Assembly (NCBI GenBank): GCA_001788955.1
Contig: MFXT01000025.1
Location: 11,332 to 75,331 of the forward strand
Reading direction: 5' to 3'
DNA: 64,000 nt
Source: Candidatus Peribacteria bacterium RIFCSPHIGHO2_02_FULL_49_16
Lineage (GTDB): Bacteria; Patescibacteriota; Gracilibacteria; Peribacterales; Peribacteraceae
The notes beneath the pieces were generated by a model, which saw only the letters and a list, made by a program, of their open reading frames with translations, did no database searches and was not told the DNA's origin. Numbering within the stretch: the first letter of the stretch is position 1; each line of letters begins with the position of its first letter. The translations under genes were made by a program, and so were the position numbers. Shown in pieces: positions 8,546 through 17,724 of the stretch.

Positions 8546-9099
8546 TCATCATCATCCAGACATGCGCCAATCGTATCGCCGTGTTTCTCGTGCCCCGGCC
8601 ATGCGCTCTCGGAAACGCGCAGTGTTTTTTCATCTTCCTCGCCGGGATTATGGCAAATGAAAAACGAATCATCCTCCCCCTGAATCACACCCACTTCCGT
8701 TCCCACATGCACCACGACAGAGTAATTTCCTAATTCCAGAAGAACGGATCCCACCGTGCTGGAATCCCCCGTAAATACGGCAAACGAAATCTCCATCGTA
8801 CCGCTCTTCGCAATGCCATCGCTCATCGGATAGGATTCGTCGAACGCCGGATCGCGCTCCGCATAATTCGATCCCTTAAAGACCACGCCATACTCCACAG
8901 AGTAACCCCAGTCGGAATCCTGTGCACCGCTCTGTGCCAAAAATTGCGCCCGCCGCACGCCCTGAATCACCTGATCTTGCGCCGCATCGAGATCAACATT
9001 GTTCTGATAATTCTTAAACAGCGGAAAACCCACTCCAGAAATCACACCCATGAGCACAATGACAAGCAAGACTTCGAGAAGGGTAAAACCACGACGCAT
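8542..9099 (-). CDS. prepilin-type minor pilin (GspH/FimT-like) with a Cys/His-rich acidic tail
   Basis: N-terminus MRRG|FTLLEVLLVIVLMGVISGV. C-terminal tail FICHNPGEEDEKTLRVSESAWPGHEKHGDTIGACLDDDD. Confidence 0.8.
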   Translation of the reverse strand: MRRGFTLLEVLLVIVLMGVISGVGFPLFKNYQNNVDLDAAQDQVIQGVRRAQFLAQSGAQDSDWGYSVEYGVVFKGSNYAERDPAFDESYPMSDGIAKSGTMEISFAVFTGDSSTVGSVLLELGNYSVVVHVGTEVGVIQGEDDSFFICHNPGEEDEKTLRVSESAWPGHEKHGDTIGACLDDDD

Positions 9100-9123
9100 T
9101 GGAGAAAGTATACCCTTTCCTCA

Positions 9124-10284
9124 TTATGCACCAACGCTTCCCACCGCCTTATAGATCGGCACGATGATGGAGAAGGCAATAAAGCCGACGAGTCCGCCCA
9201 TGATGATGAGCAGAATCGGTTCAAGGATGACTGGTAATTTTTGCGCGGTTTCTTCCGCTTTGCGTTCATAGATTTTCGCAATGTTATGATACGTCTGCGT
9301 CAGCGAACCGGATTTCTCACCGGTAATGATAAGTTGCTGCACCGAGAAGGGCAGGTATTTTCTGCTCCAGGGCATATCATGAAAGCATGTCGCAAATGTA
9401 TCTCCCACCACAATGCGCTTCGCGAGCGTGTGATAAATCCTCTTATAGGAAACAATCGTCGTTACATTCTCCAGTGACTCAATCGACTCGACAATCGGCA
9501 CACCCGCCTGAAGAAGGCCTCCGAGCACGACTCCCATCCGCGCAATAGATGCTTCTTTCATCAGTCGGCCGATGCCGGGTGTGCGAAAGAACAGCCATTG
9601 CATCACGACGCGTAGTGACGTGAACTTGCCAAGAAGAGTAAGAACGACAAATCCGACGATCACCGCGGGAATAACAATCTGCGCATACTGATTCATAAAA
9701 TTTGTGAAATGGATGATGATGCGCGTAGATAAAGGAAGATCGGCATTCAGCGCCGTGAGCACCTGTACAAGATTCGGGAGTACGAATGTGCCGATGCCCA
9801 AAATCACCACGAGCATGATGACAAGAACAATCGTCGGATACATCATCGCCATCTTCACTTTTTGGCGAAGCGCGCGATCCTTCTCTTCCTGTTCTGCAAG
9901 ATACACAAGGTTTTGCGCAAGCTTTCCCGCTTCCTCACCCACGCGCACAAGCGAAATCTGGTATGGCGAGAACATGTGTTGTTCCTGCATGGCCTGCCAG
10001 AGCGGGTGTCCGCTTTCCACAGAATCGAGCATGTGCCGAACCATTTTCTTGAGCGCACGGGAACGAATTTCCTGGAGGTACATGCGCAATGTCTCTGTAA
10101 GCAAGAGTCCGGCATCCAGCATCATGGCCAAGTTCTGGATGAACTCGGTGCGCGCCTTGCCCATGCCGATATTATTGAGCCTTTGTCCCGCTCCTTTGAG
10201 TTGTATCCATTGCCGCGCACAAAACGGCGCAATCGTCGGGAGCATCCCCTCTTTCTCACCCGTTACTGTTTTTGTATCTTCCAT
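9124..10284 (-). CDS. pilC: type IV pilus platform protein PilC (GspF family)
   Basis: Two T2SS-F repeats and three TM helices. Met26 (10284) lies 10 nt after the pilB stop. The ORF track start at 10359 would overlap pilB. Confidence 0.85.
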   Translation of the reverse strand: MEDTKTVTGEKEGMLPTIAPFCARQWIQLKGAGQRLNNIGMGKARTEFIQNLAMMLDAGLLLTETLRMYLQEIRSRALKKMVRHMLDSVESGHPLWQAMQEQHMFSPYQISLVRVGEEAGKLAQNLVYLAEQEEKDRALRQKVKMAMMYPTIVLVIMLVVILGIGTFVLPNLVQVLTALNADLPLSTRIIIHFTNFMNQYAQIVIPAVIVGFVVLTLLGKFTSLRVVMQWLFFRTPGIGRLMKEASIARMGVVLGGLLQAGVPIVESIESLENVTTIVSYKRIYHTLAKRIVVGDTFATCFHDMPWSRKYLPFSVQQLIITGEKSGSLTQTYHNIAKIYERKAEETAQKLPVILEPILLIIMGGLVGFIAFSIIVPIYKAVGSVGA

Positions 10285-10294
10285 AAAAACAAGA

Positions 10295-12106
10295 TTATGC
10301 AGCTTCCTTGAATTTCTTGTCTTTCCCGGCCTTCTCCAATTCCTCCGGTGGTGCGGCAATACGCTTCAGTTCTTCCAGTGTCGTCACACCCGCCATCACT
10401 TTCTGAAAACCATCCTCAAACATGACCTTCATTCCCTGCGTGCGCGCCATCATATCGATATCATCACTCGTTGCTCTCTTCACGATCAATTCCGCAATTT
10501 CCGTCGTGATGACCAGGAGTTCATACATACCAACACGCCCCTGATATCCTGACTGCGCACATACAGCACATCCTTTTCCTTTGTACAAAGTGATTTCTTC
10601 CTGTTGTGGAAAAAAGCGTTCTGCCCCGGGAAACGAAGTGCGCGCCTCTTGTGCAGGCATCGTGAAACTATGACGACAATTGGAACAGATCCGACGAACG
10701 AGACGTTGCCCGATAATGACCTCAAGCGTTGACGCCAAAAGAAACGGTTCGGTGTCCATTTCCAGCAAACGCGGGATGGCTGTTGCTGCAGTATTCGCAT
10801 GTAATGTAGAGAACAGCAAATGACCGGTCATCGCCGCATTCACGGCAATGTCCGCTGTTTCGCTATCACGGATTTCTCCCACAAGAATAATATCCGGATC
10901 CTGGCGTACAAGACTGCGCAGTCCGGAAGCAAACGTCAGATTGACGGCCGTATTGACCTGAATATGATTCACTCCCTGCAACTTGTACTCCACAGGATCT
11001 TCGATCGTGGAGATATTCACGTCCGGAGTGTTGCGCATCTTCATGAGCGCGGAGAGCGTGGTGGATTTTCCAGAACCCGTCGGCCCCGTCGTCAGAATCA
11101 TGCCAAACGGCTTCTGTACTGCAGCAACAAGAATATTCTGATGCTCCTTCGAAAATCCAAGGTCAGCAAGCGTCAGAGCGCGTACGTAGGATGTGAGAAG
11201 ACGCATGACGATCTTTTCTCCATCGACGATGGGAATGATGGAGACACGCACATCGACTTTGTCTCCGTTGGTCTTGTGACGCAATGCGCCATCCTGCGGA
11301 CGGAAGTGTTCATCTGTTCGCAAGCCTGCCATGATTTTTACACGGTTCAGAATGCCTTCGTAGTGTTCTTTTGCAACATGACCGGCCTCACGCAAGATTC
11401 CATCGAGACGGAAACGGATAATCACGATTTCTTCCCGTGGCTCAAAGTGGATATCGGATGCACGCAAAGAAATGGCATCATCAAGAATTTCGGTGAGAAT
11501 CTCGGGGGCGATGGTCTGCTCTCTCTCAATAATCGATTGGAATCGCGTCTCAAGAGAGGAGTTATACAAGCGCAATGCAGCATCAATGCCATCCTGCGGA
11601 GCATACACAATACGAATTGTGCCGCGAAAAGCCGGCACCGTATCCTTCTTCTTTTCCTTTTTATTTTTCTGAAATGAGAAGAGAGATTCTTTTTCCTCTG
11701 CAGGCTTCTTGTCGGGCCACAAAATATCTTCCTCTTTTTCTTTGCCTATATTTTTCCGTATCGCTTCTTCGAGGAGCTTCTGCGTGGGATCTGATGTAGC
11801 GACGGTTATCCCTCCTTCTGTTTTTTCGATGACAACCACATTGAATTTCTGCGCAACGGGGCGCGGAAGCAATGCAACAAGATCGGCTGCGGGAAGCGCG
11901 GACTGCAGATCACGCATTTCCCATCCGAAGTGTTCGCACAGAGCGCTCTCATAGAGGGAGGGCGTAATAAGTCCGTGCTCCATAAGCATCGTGATAAGGG
12001 GAACAGCGTGCTCCTCTGCTTCTTTCAAGGCTTTATCAAGCTCCTCCTGCGAGAGATAGTTTCTCTCAAGAAGAATGGAACCGGCTTCTTTGTCAGAAAT
12101 ATGCAT
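10295..12106 (-). CDS. pilB: type IV pilus assembly ATPase PilB (GspE family)
   Basis: N-terminal T2SSE_N-like domain, Walker A GPTGSGKST, and a tetracysteine motif (CSNCRH...CAVC). Confidence 0.92.
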   Translation of the reverse strand: MHISDKEAGSILLERNYLSQEELDKALKEAEEHAVPLITMLMEHGLITPSLYESALCEHFGWEMRDLQSALPAADLVALLPRPVAQKFNVVVIEKTEGGITVATSDPTQKLLEEAIRKNIGKEKEEDILWPDKKPAEEKESLFSFQKNKKEKKKDTVPAFRGTIRIVYAPQDGIDAALRLYNSSLETRFQSIIEREQTIAPEILTEILDDAISLRASDIHFEPREEIVIIRFRLDGILREAGHVAKEHYEGILNRVKIMAGLRTDEHFRPQDGALRHKTNGDKVDVRVSIIPIVDGEKIVMRLLTSYVRALTLADLGFSKEHQNILVAAVQKPFGMILTTGPTGSGKSTTLSALMKMRNTPDVNISTIEDPVEYKLQGVNHIQVNTAVNLTFASGLRSLVRQDPDIILVGEIRDSETADIAVNAAMTGHLLFSTLHANTAATAIPRLLEMDTEPFLLASTLEVIIGQRLVRRICSNCRHSFTMPAQEARTSFPGAERFFPQQEEITLYKGKGCAVCAQSGYQGRVGMYELLVITTEIAELIVKRATSDDIDMMARTQGMKVMFEDGFQKVMAGVTTLEELKRIAAPPEELEKAGKDKKFKEAA

Positions 12107-12109
12107 GAT

Positions 12110-12502
12110 TTATGAGAGAATGGATTTCACCTTCTCGACAATGTCCGTAATGGGCGTGTTGGATTTCACGAAGTATGCAGCGACGTTTTTGTGTGCCATC
12201 ACCCGCTCCTCATCCTCTTTCTGCCCAAGGTTACTCACCACAATCACCTTCGTTGTTTTTTTTATGCCATCCAATTGATCGAGAAAGGAAAATCCATCCA
12301 TCTCCGGCATAATAAGATCCAGAATTACCGCATGAATGTTCTCTTTCTGCAGTTCCTCAAGCGCCTGTCGTCCATTTGTCGCCACAACGGTATCAAATCC
12401 TTCATGGTTGAACTTCAATTCCAAAGCATGCGCGAGCGGATGCTCATCCTCGACTATCAGGATGCGCTTGCCTGGCTGTTTTTTTTGTTTTTTTTCGGGC
12501 AT
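12110..12502 (-). CDS. stand-alone response-regulator receiver domain (CheY-like)
   Basis: 130 aa: ILIVEDE acidic pocket, phospho-acceptor in AVILDLIMPEMDG, then VVSN and FVKS. No output domain. Its stop is 3 nt before the pilB start. Confidence 0.9.
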   Translation of the reverse strand: MPEKKQKKQPGKRILIVEDEHPLAHALELKFNHEGFDTVVATNGRQALEELQKENIHAVILDLIMPEMDGFSFLDQLDGIKKTTKVIVVSNLGQKEDEERVMAHKNVAAYFVKSNTPITDIVEKVKSILS

Positions 12503-12525
12503 GCAGAGTAAGAGAGAATCTGTTT

Positions 12526-12554
12526 ATTATAGCAAAATATCGACGTATTTACAA
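12526..12554 (-). promoter_or_regulatory. sigma70-type promoter TTGTAA-N17-TATAAT with extended TGc, upstream of the receiver/pilus operon
   Basis: Minus strand reads TTGTAAATACGTCGATATTTTGCTATAAT. It lies 23 nt before the ATG at 12502, and no purine-rich SD lies between. Confidence 0.6.
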
Positions 12555-12572
12555 TTGCATTGCATGCATGAT

Positions 12573-12704
12573 TTAGAAAAGCATTGCCGCAAGCACATTC
12601 GCCATCACGACCATCACTCCCCCCACAATCACCCACATACAGGCGGCAACAAGAAGATCCTTTTTGGTTTTTTCCTTTTTTGTCTGTGCAGAAAAGAATT
12701 TCAT
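12573..12704 (-). CDS. possible 43-aa single-TM small protein
   Basis: Own translation: MKFFSAQTKKEKTKKDLLVAACMWVIVGGVMVVMANVLAAMLF*. The ATG overlaps the upstream TGA by 1 nt (TGATG). It is below the ORF-track size cut-off. Confidence 0.35.
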   Translation of the reverse strand: MKFFSAQTKKEKTKKDLLVAACMWVIVGGVMVVMANVLAAMLF

Positions 12705-13720
12705 CACTGCAAGTATAGAAGAGGATTCTTCTTCACGCCATGAACACGGACTTCAAAATGGACATGGATTCCGGTTTTCCCGTACACCTGCCCCGTATTT
12801 CCCATCCATGCAATTATCTGTCCACGCCGTACTTTTTCTCCTTTCTGAATATAATTTTCCTTAGTATGCGCGTACAGAGTGACGAGCCCGTTTCCGTGAT
12901 CGATCTCGATGACATTGCCATATCCTCCGTTCCATCCGTGACTGGAACGAATAACCGTGCCGTCTTCGGATGCAAATATCGGACCGCCACCTTTTGTTTG
13001 TATATCCACGGCGTAATGTCCCGGATGGTAGTGTTGGGTATACAGACAATCATTACACGGCATCTGGAGCACTCCCGCCGTTGGTTCTGCATTCGCTTGC
13101 GGAAGATCGGCCGACACAGGCGACTGTCCTGAAGACGGCTTCTGCACCGTAACCGCTTGTTGCTTCTGCACCACCGGCGACGCATTCGGGATGATTAACT
13201 CCTGTCCTGCAAGGATGAATGATCCTTCAATGACATTCTGCTCGATGATGTCCTTCATAGGAACGTCATAGAGTTCCGCAATGCCCGCCAAAATCTGCCC
13301 CTGTTTTACGGTATGAAGGACGCCGTCCACAGGAAGAATAAGGAGTTCATCGCCCGGTCGCAGCGTGGTTGTTCCTTCCAAATTATTCGCCCATCGGATC
13401 GTATTCACGCTGATGCCGTACCGTTTTGCCAATCTTTCCAGATTCTCTCCCTCTTTCACTGCATGAATAATCCCTTTCGCGTATGCACGACGCATGCCCT
13501 GTTGCGTTACGGAGGATGATTTCATGATGAACCCCTCTTCCACCATGAGAACGCTCGGCACGCGCACGGGAAATTCCTCTATGGAAAAGGATTCCGCCGG
13601 CATATATGGTGGAAAGAGTGTACTCAAAAAGAATGCCGCAACGCATAAAAGTTGTACACGTTTCATGAGCCATTGCTTTGGTGTCGCAAAGAGGCGATCA
13701 CGTTGGAAGAGCATGGACAT
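12704..13720 (-). CDS. LysM-domain M23 family peptidoglycan endopeptidase
   Basis: Two LysM repeats (HAVKEGENLERLAKRYGISVNTIRWAN and HTVKQGQILAGIAELYDVPMKDI). M23 motifs HYAVDI, IDHGNGLVTLYAH and GIHVHFEV. Confidence 0.9.
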   Translation of the reverse strand: MSMLFQRDRLFATPKQWLMKRVQLLCVAAFFLSTLFPPYMPAESFSIEEFPVRVPSVLMVEEGFIMKSSSVTQQGMRRAYAKGIIHAVKEGENLERLAKRYGISVNTIRWANNLEGTTTLRPGDELLILPVDGVLHTVKQGQILAGIAELYDVPMKDIIEQNVIEGSFILAGQELIIPNASPVVQKQQAVTVQKPSSGQSPVSADLPQANAEPTAGVLQMPCNDCLYTQHYHPGHYAVDIQTKGGGPIFASEDGTVIRSSHGWNGGYGNVIEIDHGNGLVTLYAHTKENYIQKGEKVRRGQIIAWMGNTGQVYGKTGIHVHFEVRVHGVKKNPLLYLQ

Positions 13721-14593
13721 TTATGACGCGAGAATGCGAAGAATGGTACGCATATCGGCATACCGATCATTCGAATGAAGAAGAATAACAAGATATCGCT
13801 CTCCCTGTTCTCCTTCAACTAAAGAAAGCAGACATTGTCCTGCCGCTTTCGTCGTGCCGGTCTTTCCGGCAAGAACACTTGTATCCGCATGAAGAAGGGC
13901 GTGCGTATGGGTTATGTATATCTCGTCTCCTGTACGGCTAAATATACGCATTCCCCGAGTTGCCATGCGTTTCTGAATCTCTTCATTTTTCAGAACGAAT
14001 ATCGCGAGCCATGCAAGATCCTGTGGCGTGGAATACTGCATCACATCATCAAATCCTACGGGATTTTGGAATAACGTATGTTTCAATCCCAATTCATGTG
14101 CACGGTGATTCATCTCATCTACAAATGCCGCAACCGATCCGCTATGAAATTCTGCCAAGGAAACGGCTGCATCATTCGCCGATCCAATGAGGAGCGCCGA
14201 AAGAAGATCACCCACACGAAATTCATCTCCCGGTGACAGATGCGCCACTTCTCCGGGAACCTCTTTGACAGAAAGCGGAATCGTCACCCATTCATTCATC
14301 ACATGATTTTCGGTGATGAGCAGTGCCGTCATCAGCTTGGTAAGGCTTGCGATGGGACGCTCATCGCGCGCAGCAGAAGCATATAATTCCTGACCGCTTT
14401 CGGTATCGATGATCAGAACGCCGGAAGCAGAGAGCACACGAAGCTTTTGGATCATATCATTTCTTTTCTGCATTCCTTGGACATGAAGGGGTGCAACACT
14501 CAAATACGCGGCGAGCTCGGGCGTTTTGGAAACCGTACCGCTGCCTACAGGAACAATGCCCATGAGCAGAATTGCAAGAAGCGAATCGTACAT
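13721..14593 (-). CDS. D-alanyl-D-alanine carboxypeptidase (peptidase S11, PBP5-like)
   Basis: SxxK motif as ASLTK, SxN as GSAND, KTG as GKTGTT. Confidence 0.85.
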   Translation of the reverse strand: MYDSLLAILLMGIVPVGSGTVSKTPELAAYLSVAPLHVQGMQKRNDMIQKLRVLSASGVLIIDTESGQELYASAARDERPIASLTKLMTALLITENHVMNEWVTIPLSVKEVPGEVAHLSPGDEFRVGDLLSALLIGSANDAAVSLAEFHSGSVAAFVDEMNHRAHELGLKHTLFQNPVGFDDVMQYSTPQDLAWLAIFVLKNEEIQKRMATRGMRIFSRTGDEIYITHTHALLHADTSVLAGKTGTTKAAGQCLLSLVEGEQGERYLVILLHSNDRYADMRTILRILAS

Positions 14594-14601
14594 ACTATTA
14601 A

Positions 14602-15504
14602 TTATTGATAGATTACTCGGTCTGATAGTCTCAAATCAACATATTCCTTCACATCCTCCATCGGCACAGATTGCAGAAAGATCTGATATTGTTTGATTTG
14701 TTCTTCACTCTCTCCTTGATCGTCAAACCACAACCATATATCTCCTTTTATTTTCAGATGAAATTCCCGCGCACGGAGGAAAATCTTTCGCTCGGTAATC
14801 ACCTGACCAAATTGCTCCCGAAGCAACGTCTCCGCACTCCACATGCGCCGAAGAAATTCCGGTTGTACAAGTTTACTCCCCGGCTGCGGCCGCACGCCCC
14901 AGTCGACAATAGTGATTTGTGAGAGTGTGTCGTAGTTTTTGACTTGAACGTTTGCATATTCGATGTACGTCCCTTGTTCGGTAAGATAACCGGAAACGGA
15001 ATGGTCTGCATCTTCTTCGGTAATGTGAACCTGCGCAACAAGCGGCTCCAGTTCCAATCGAATACGCAACAGAGACGGATATTCTTTTTCCGTGTACACG
15101 TTGTGTAAATCCGGAACGTGTTTCTTGAGAAGCGCTACTATATCCTGTTCCTGCAGAAGGGCGATATGCCTGCCAAAAATAGGAGCAAGGGCCAGTTGTA
15201 CCACTTCGATGTCAATGCGCTGATCTGTGCGTTCCGTGCGTATTTCCTGTATGCGTGTCAGTGGAGAATAGAGCAGAATATATGCACTGCCACAGAGTAT
15301 TACTACAACAAGAAAACCGACTAAAAAGAGAATCGTTTTTTTGATGACATCATATTGCCGCCGCATACGGCGAAGCCAACGCTCGGAGAATCTCTGAAAT
15401 ATACACCAGAGATTTTGCCTTCTTCTCTTCACAAATCGGCGATAGGCGGGGTTTACGCGCCGACAAAAACGAGAAGGCAGGGGACGGGAGGGACGGAGAG
15501 GCAC
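14602..15504 (-). CDS. FtsQ/DivIB-like cell-division protein (basic tail, 1 TM, POTRA-like domain)
   Basis: GTG start, an Arg-rich N-terminal tail, TM ILFLVGFLVVVILCGSAYILLY, then an alpha/beta domain. It sits among cell-wall genes. Confidence 0.45.
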   Translation of the reverse strand: MPLRPSRPLPSRFCRRVNPAYRRFVKRRRQNLWCIFQRFSERWLRRMRRQYDVIKKTILFLVGFLVVVILCGSAYILLYSPLTRIQEIRTERTDQRIDIEVVQLALAPIFGRHIALLQEQDIVALLKKHVPDLHNVYTEKEYPSLLRIRLELEPLVAQVHITEEDADHSVSGYLTEQGTYIEYANVQVKNYDTLSQITIVDWGVRPQPGSKLVQPEFLRRMWSAETLLREQFGQVITERKIFLRAREFHLKIKGDIWLWFDDQGESEEQIKQYQIFLQSVPMEDVKEYVDLRLSDRVIYQ

Positions 15505-15512
15505 GTGGGTAG

Positions 15513-15518
15513 ATTATA
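15513..15518 (-). promoter_or_regulatory. -10 box TATAAT 8 nt upstream of the GTG start at 15504
   Basis: Minus strand reads CCCTATAATCTACCCACGTG. Confidence 0.4.
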
Positions 15519-15604
15519 GGGAAAAGGTTGCAGGTTGTAGGCTTGCCCCGCGGAGCCTTGGCGGAGTGGGGTGACAGGTTATAGGCTATCATCTACCACT
15601 TCAT

Positions 15605-16717
15605 ATGCATGTAGCGATTATCGCTGACTGGCTCACTGCTATGGGAGGCGCTGAACGCGTGCTGAAAGAGCTTTGCGCCCTCTGGCCGGATGCTGTGCTT
15701 TTCTCAACCGTCGCAGACCGGCATATCCTTCATCAATTTCCTGTAAAACGAAATCAAACCAGTTTTCTTCAACCGTGGTATCGCGTATTCAAGAAACATC
15801 AGCCGCTTCTCTTTTCCATGCCGCGCGCAGTGGAAGAATTTGATCTGCGTGACTTTGATCTCATCATCAGTTCATCGCATGCCGTCGCCAAGGGCGTTAT
15901 TCCCCCACCACATGCGTTGCACATCTGTTATTGCCACACGCCTATCCGCTATGCGTGGGAAATGGAAGATCAGTACCTCGATGATTTTCATATTCCTCAT
16001 GTGTTTCGTCCTGCAATCAAGCGTCGCCTCATGCAATTTCGCCGATGGGATATGACGAGTGCAAAACGCGTGGACCATTTTATTGCAAATTCTTCAATAA
16101 CACAGGAGAGGATCAAGAGAATCTATGCGCGAGAGAGTGTTGTCATTCACCCACCCGTACACAATCGATTTTTTGCAGAAGCGAGAAGACCTCCCGGAAA
16201 CCTATTCTCTACGATCTATTATCTTGCCGTCGGAAGACTCGTTCCCTACAAACGCTTTGATCTGCTTATCAAGCTGGCCAATCAGAAGAAGATGATGCTC
16301 ATCATTGCCGGGGATGGACAAGATCGAAAGAGACTTCAAAAAATGGCCGGACCGACAGTGCAATTTCTCGGTCGCGTTTCTGATGCAGAACTTTCCGCAC
16401 TGTATGCCAACGCGAAAGCATTGCTTTTTCCCGCTCACGAAGATGCGGGAATCGTACCACTCGAAGCGCAGGCCTGCGGCACGCCGGTGATTGCGTATGG
16501 AAAAGGTGGCATACGCGATGCGGTACAAGAAAACGTCACCGGTGTCTTTTTCGAAGAGCAAACCGTGGAAAGCATGCGAGGTGCTCTCGATCACTTTGAA
16601 AAGCAATCATGGAACCGGAAGAACATTCGTGCGCACGCGAAACAGTTTTCGCAGGATCAATTCCGCACGAATATGCGAATGCACGTCCATGCATACATTC
16701 ATGCCTCTCGTCATTGA
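15605..16717 (+). CDS. glycosyltransferase family 4 (GT-B, group 1)
   Basis: C-terminal EX7E region: PAHEDAGIVPLEAQACGTPVIAYGKGGIRDAV. Confidence 0.85.
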   Translation: MHVAIIADWLTAMGGAERVLKELCALWPDAVLFSTVADRHILHQFPVKRNQTSFLQPWYRVFKKHQPLLFSMPRAVEEFDLRDFDLIISSSHAVAKGVIPPPHALHICYCHTPIRYAWEMEDQYLDDFHIPHVFRPAIKRRLMQFRRWDMTSAKRVDHFIANSSITQERIKRIYARESVVIHPPVHNRFFAEARRPPGNLFSTIYYLAVGRLVPYKRFDLLIKLANQKKMMLIIAGDGQDRKRLQKMAGPTVQFLGRVSDAELSALYANAKALLFPAHEDAGIVPLEAQACGTPVIAYGKGGIRDAVQENVTGVFFEEQTVESMRGALDHFEKQSWNRKNIRAHAKQFSQDQFRTNMRMHVHAYIHASRH

Positions 16718-16734
16718 ATATTGGATATTCACTC

Positions 16735-17418
16735 ATGCTCCATCACCCTTCCTCTCTTCTCCGGCAATTCCAGACTACTCTTGATGTCTATCTTCTGAAC
16801 AAAGAAAATCATATACGAACGGATGCCGATGTTGAACGCATAACAGGATATGAGTGCAGCACATCGGTGCTCCAGATACACGGAAATCGGGTGATCATTG
16901 TGCGGGAACCGATGGAACGTACTTCGCCGGCTGACGGACTCCTCACCGATCAGAAACAGCTCCTTCTTATGATTCGCGCGGCGGATTGTCAGCCAATCCT
17001 TGCCTATAATCCTGATCGAAACATCATCGGACTCCTTCATGTGGGATGGAAAGGACTTGTTGCAAAAACAATTCCCGCATTCTTTCAAAAACTCAACACC
17101 GAATATGGTGTTCATCCGGCAGACACGTTTATCTACATCGGCCCTTCCATACGACAATGTTGTGCACAGTACCGCGAAACCGATCATCCTCTACGGGAAT
17201 TTGATGAAACATTCTGGAATGGGAATTTCGTTGATCTCGCCGGCATCGCGGATAAGCAATTCCATGATGCGGGAGTTCTTTCAGAAAGAATCGAACGCCA
17301 CAGAGACTGCACTTGCTGTCATCCGAAAAACTACTGGACCTATCGGGGAGGAGATAAAGAAAAAGTACAAGAAGGATGGACAAACGTTCTTGCCGCAGCA
17401 CTCAAAACACATAACTAA
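16735..17418 (+). CDS. pgeF: peptidoglycan editing factor PgeF (YfiH/DUF152 laccase-domain protein)
   Basis: ADCQPILAYNP...GLLHVGWKGLV, and C-terminal CTCCH. Met43 (16735) avoids the overlap with the GT4 gene that the ORF-track start at 16609 would create. Confidence 0.8.
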   Translation: MLHHPSSLLRQFQTTLDVYLLNKENHIRTDADVERITGYECSTSVLQIHGNRVIIVREPMERTSPADGLLTDQKQLLLMIRAADCQPILAYNPDRNIIGLLHVGWKGLVAKTIPAFFQKLNTEYGVHPADTFIYIGPSIRQCCAQYRETDHPLREFDETFWNGNFVDLAGIADKQFHDAGVLSERIERHRDCTCCHPKNYWTYRGGDKEKVQEGWTNVLAAALKTHN

Positions 17419-17492
17419 ACACTAAAAACTTTCTACATACAATCATTTTTCTCGCACGTTCTTCGTGCATACCTGTAGTATATATTCTTGTC

Positions 17493-17724
17493 TCAACGAT
17501 CCGTCAGGGCAGGTACGTTTCTTCTCTAATCGCTTACTATGGGAGACTCAATCGCTTCGCACCGTGGTGTGGAGATGCGGTCACCCCCTTGGATACTCCA
17601 GGGACAAGCGTTTCTGCACCGACGATCGTTTGGACATTTGTAGGGGAATCAAGGTTCCCCCACGGACCCCCTCCTTTAAAGTGTCGCTCCAGCGTGGCAA
17701 AGCCGCACTTCGCGACGGTTTTTT
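17493..17724 (+). ncRNA. candidate structured non-coding RNA of unknown class, ending in an intrinsic terminator
   Basis: No credible ORF. -10-like TATATT at 17481-17486. Long-range complementarity: AACGATCCGTC (17495-17505) pairs with GACGATCGTT (17621-17630). Local hairpin GGGGAA-TCAAGG-TTCCCC. Terminator: GTCGC...GCGAC stem plus T6 at 17683-17724. Confidence 0.35.
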
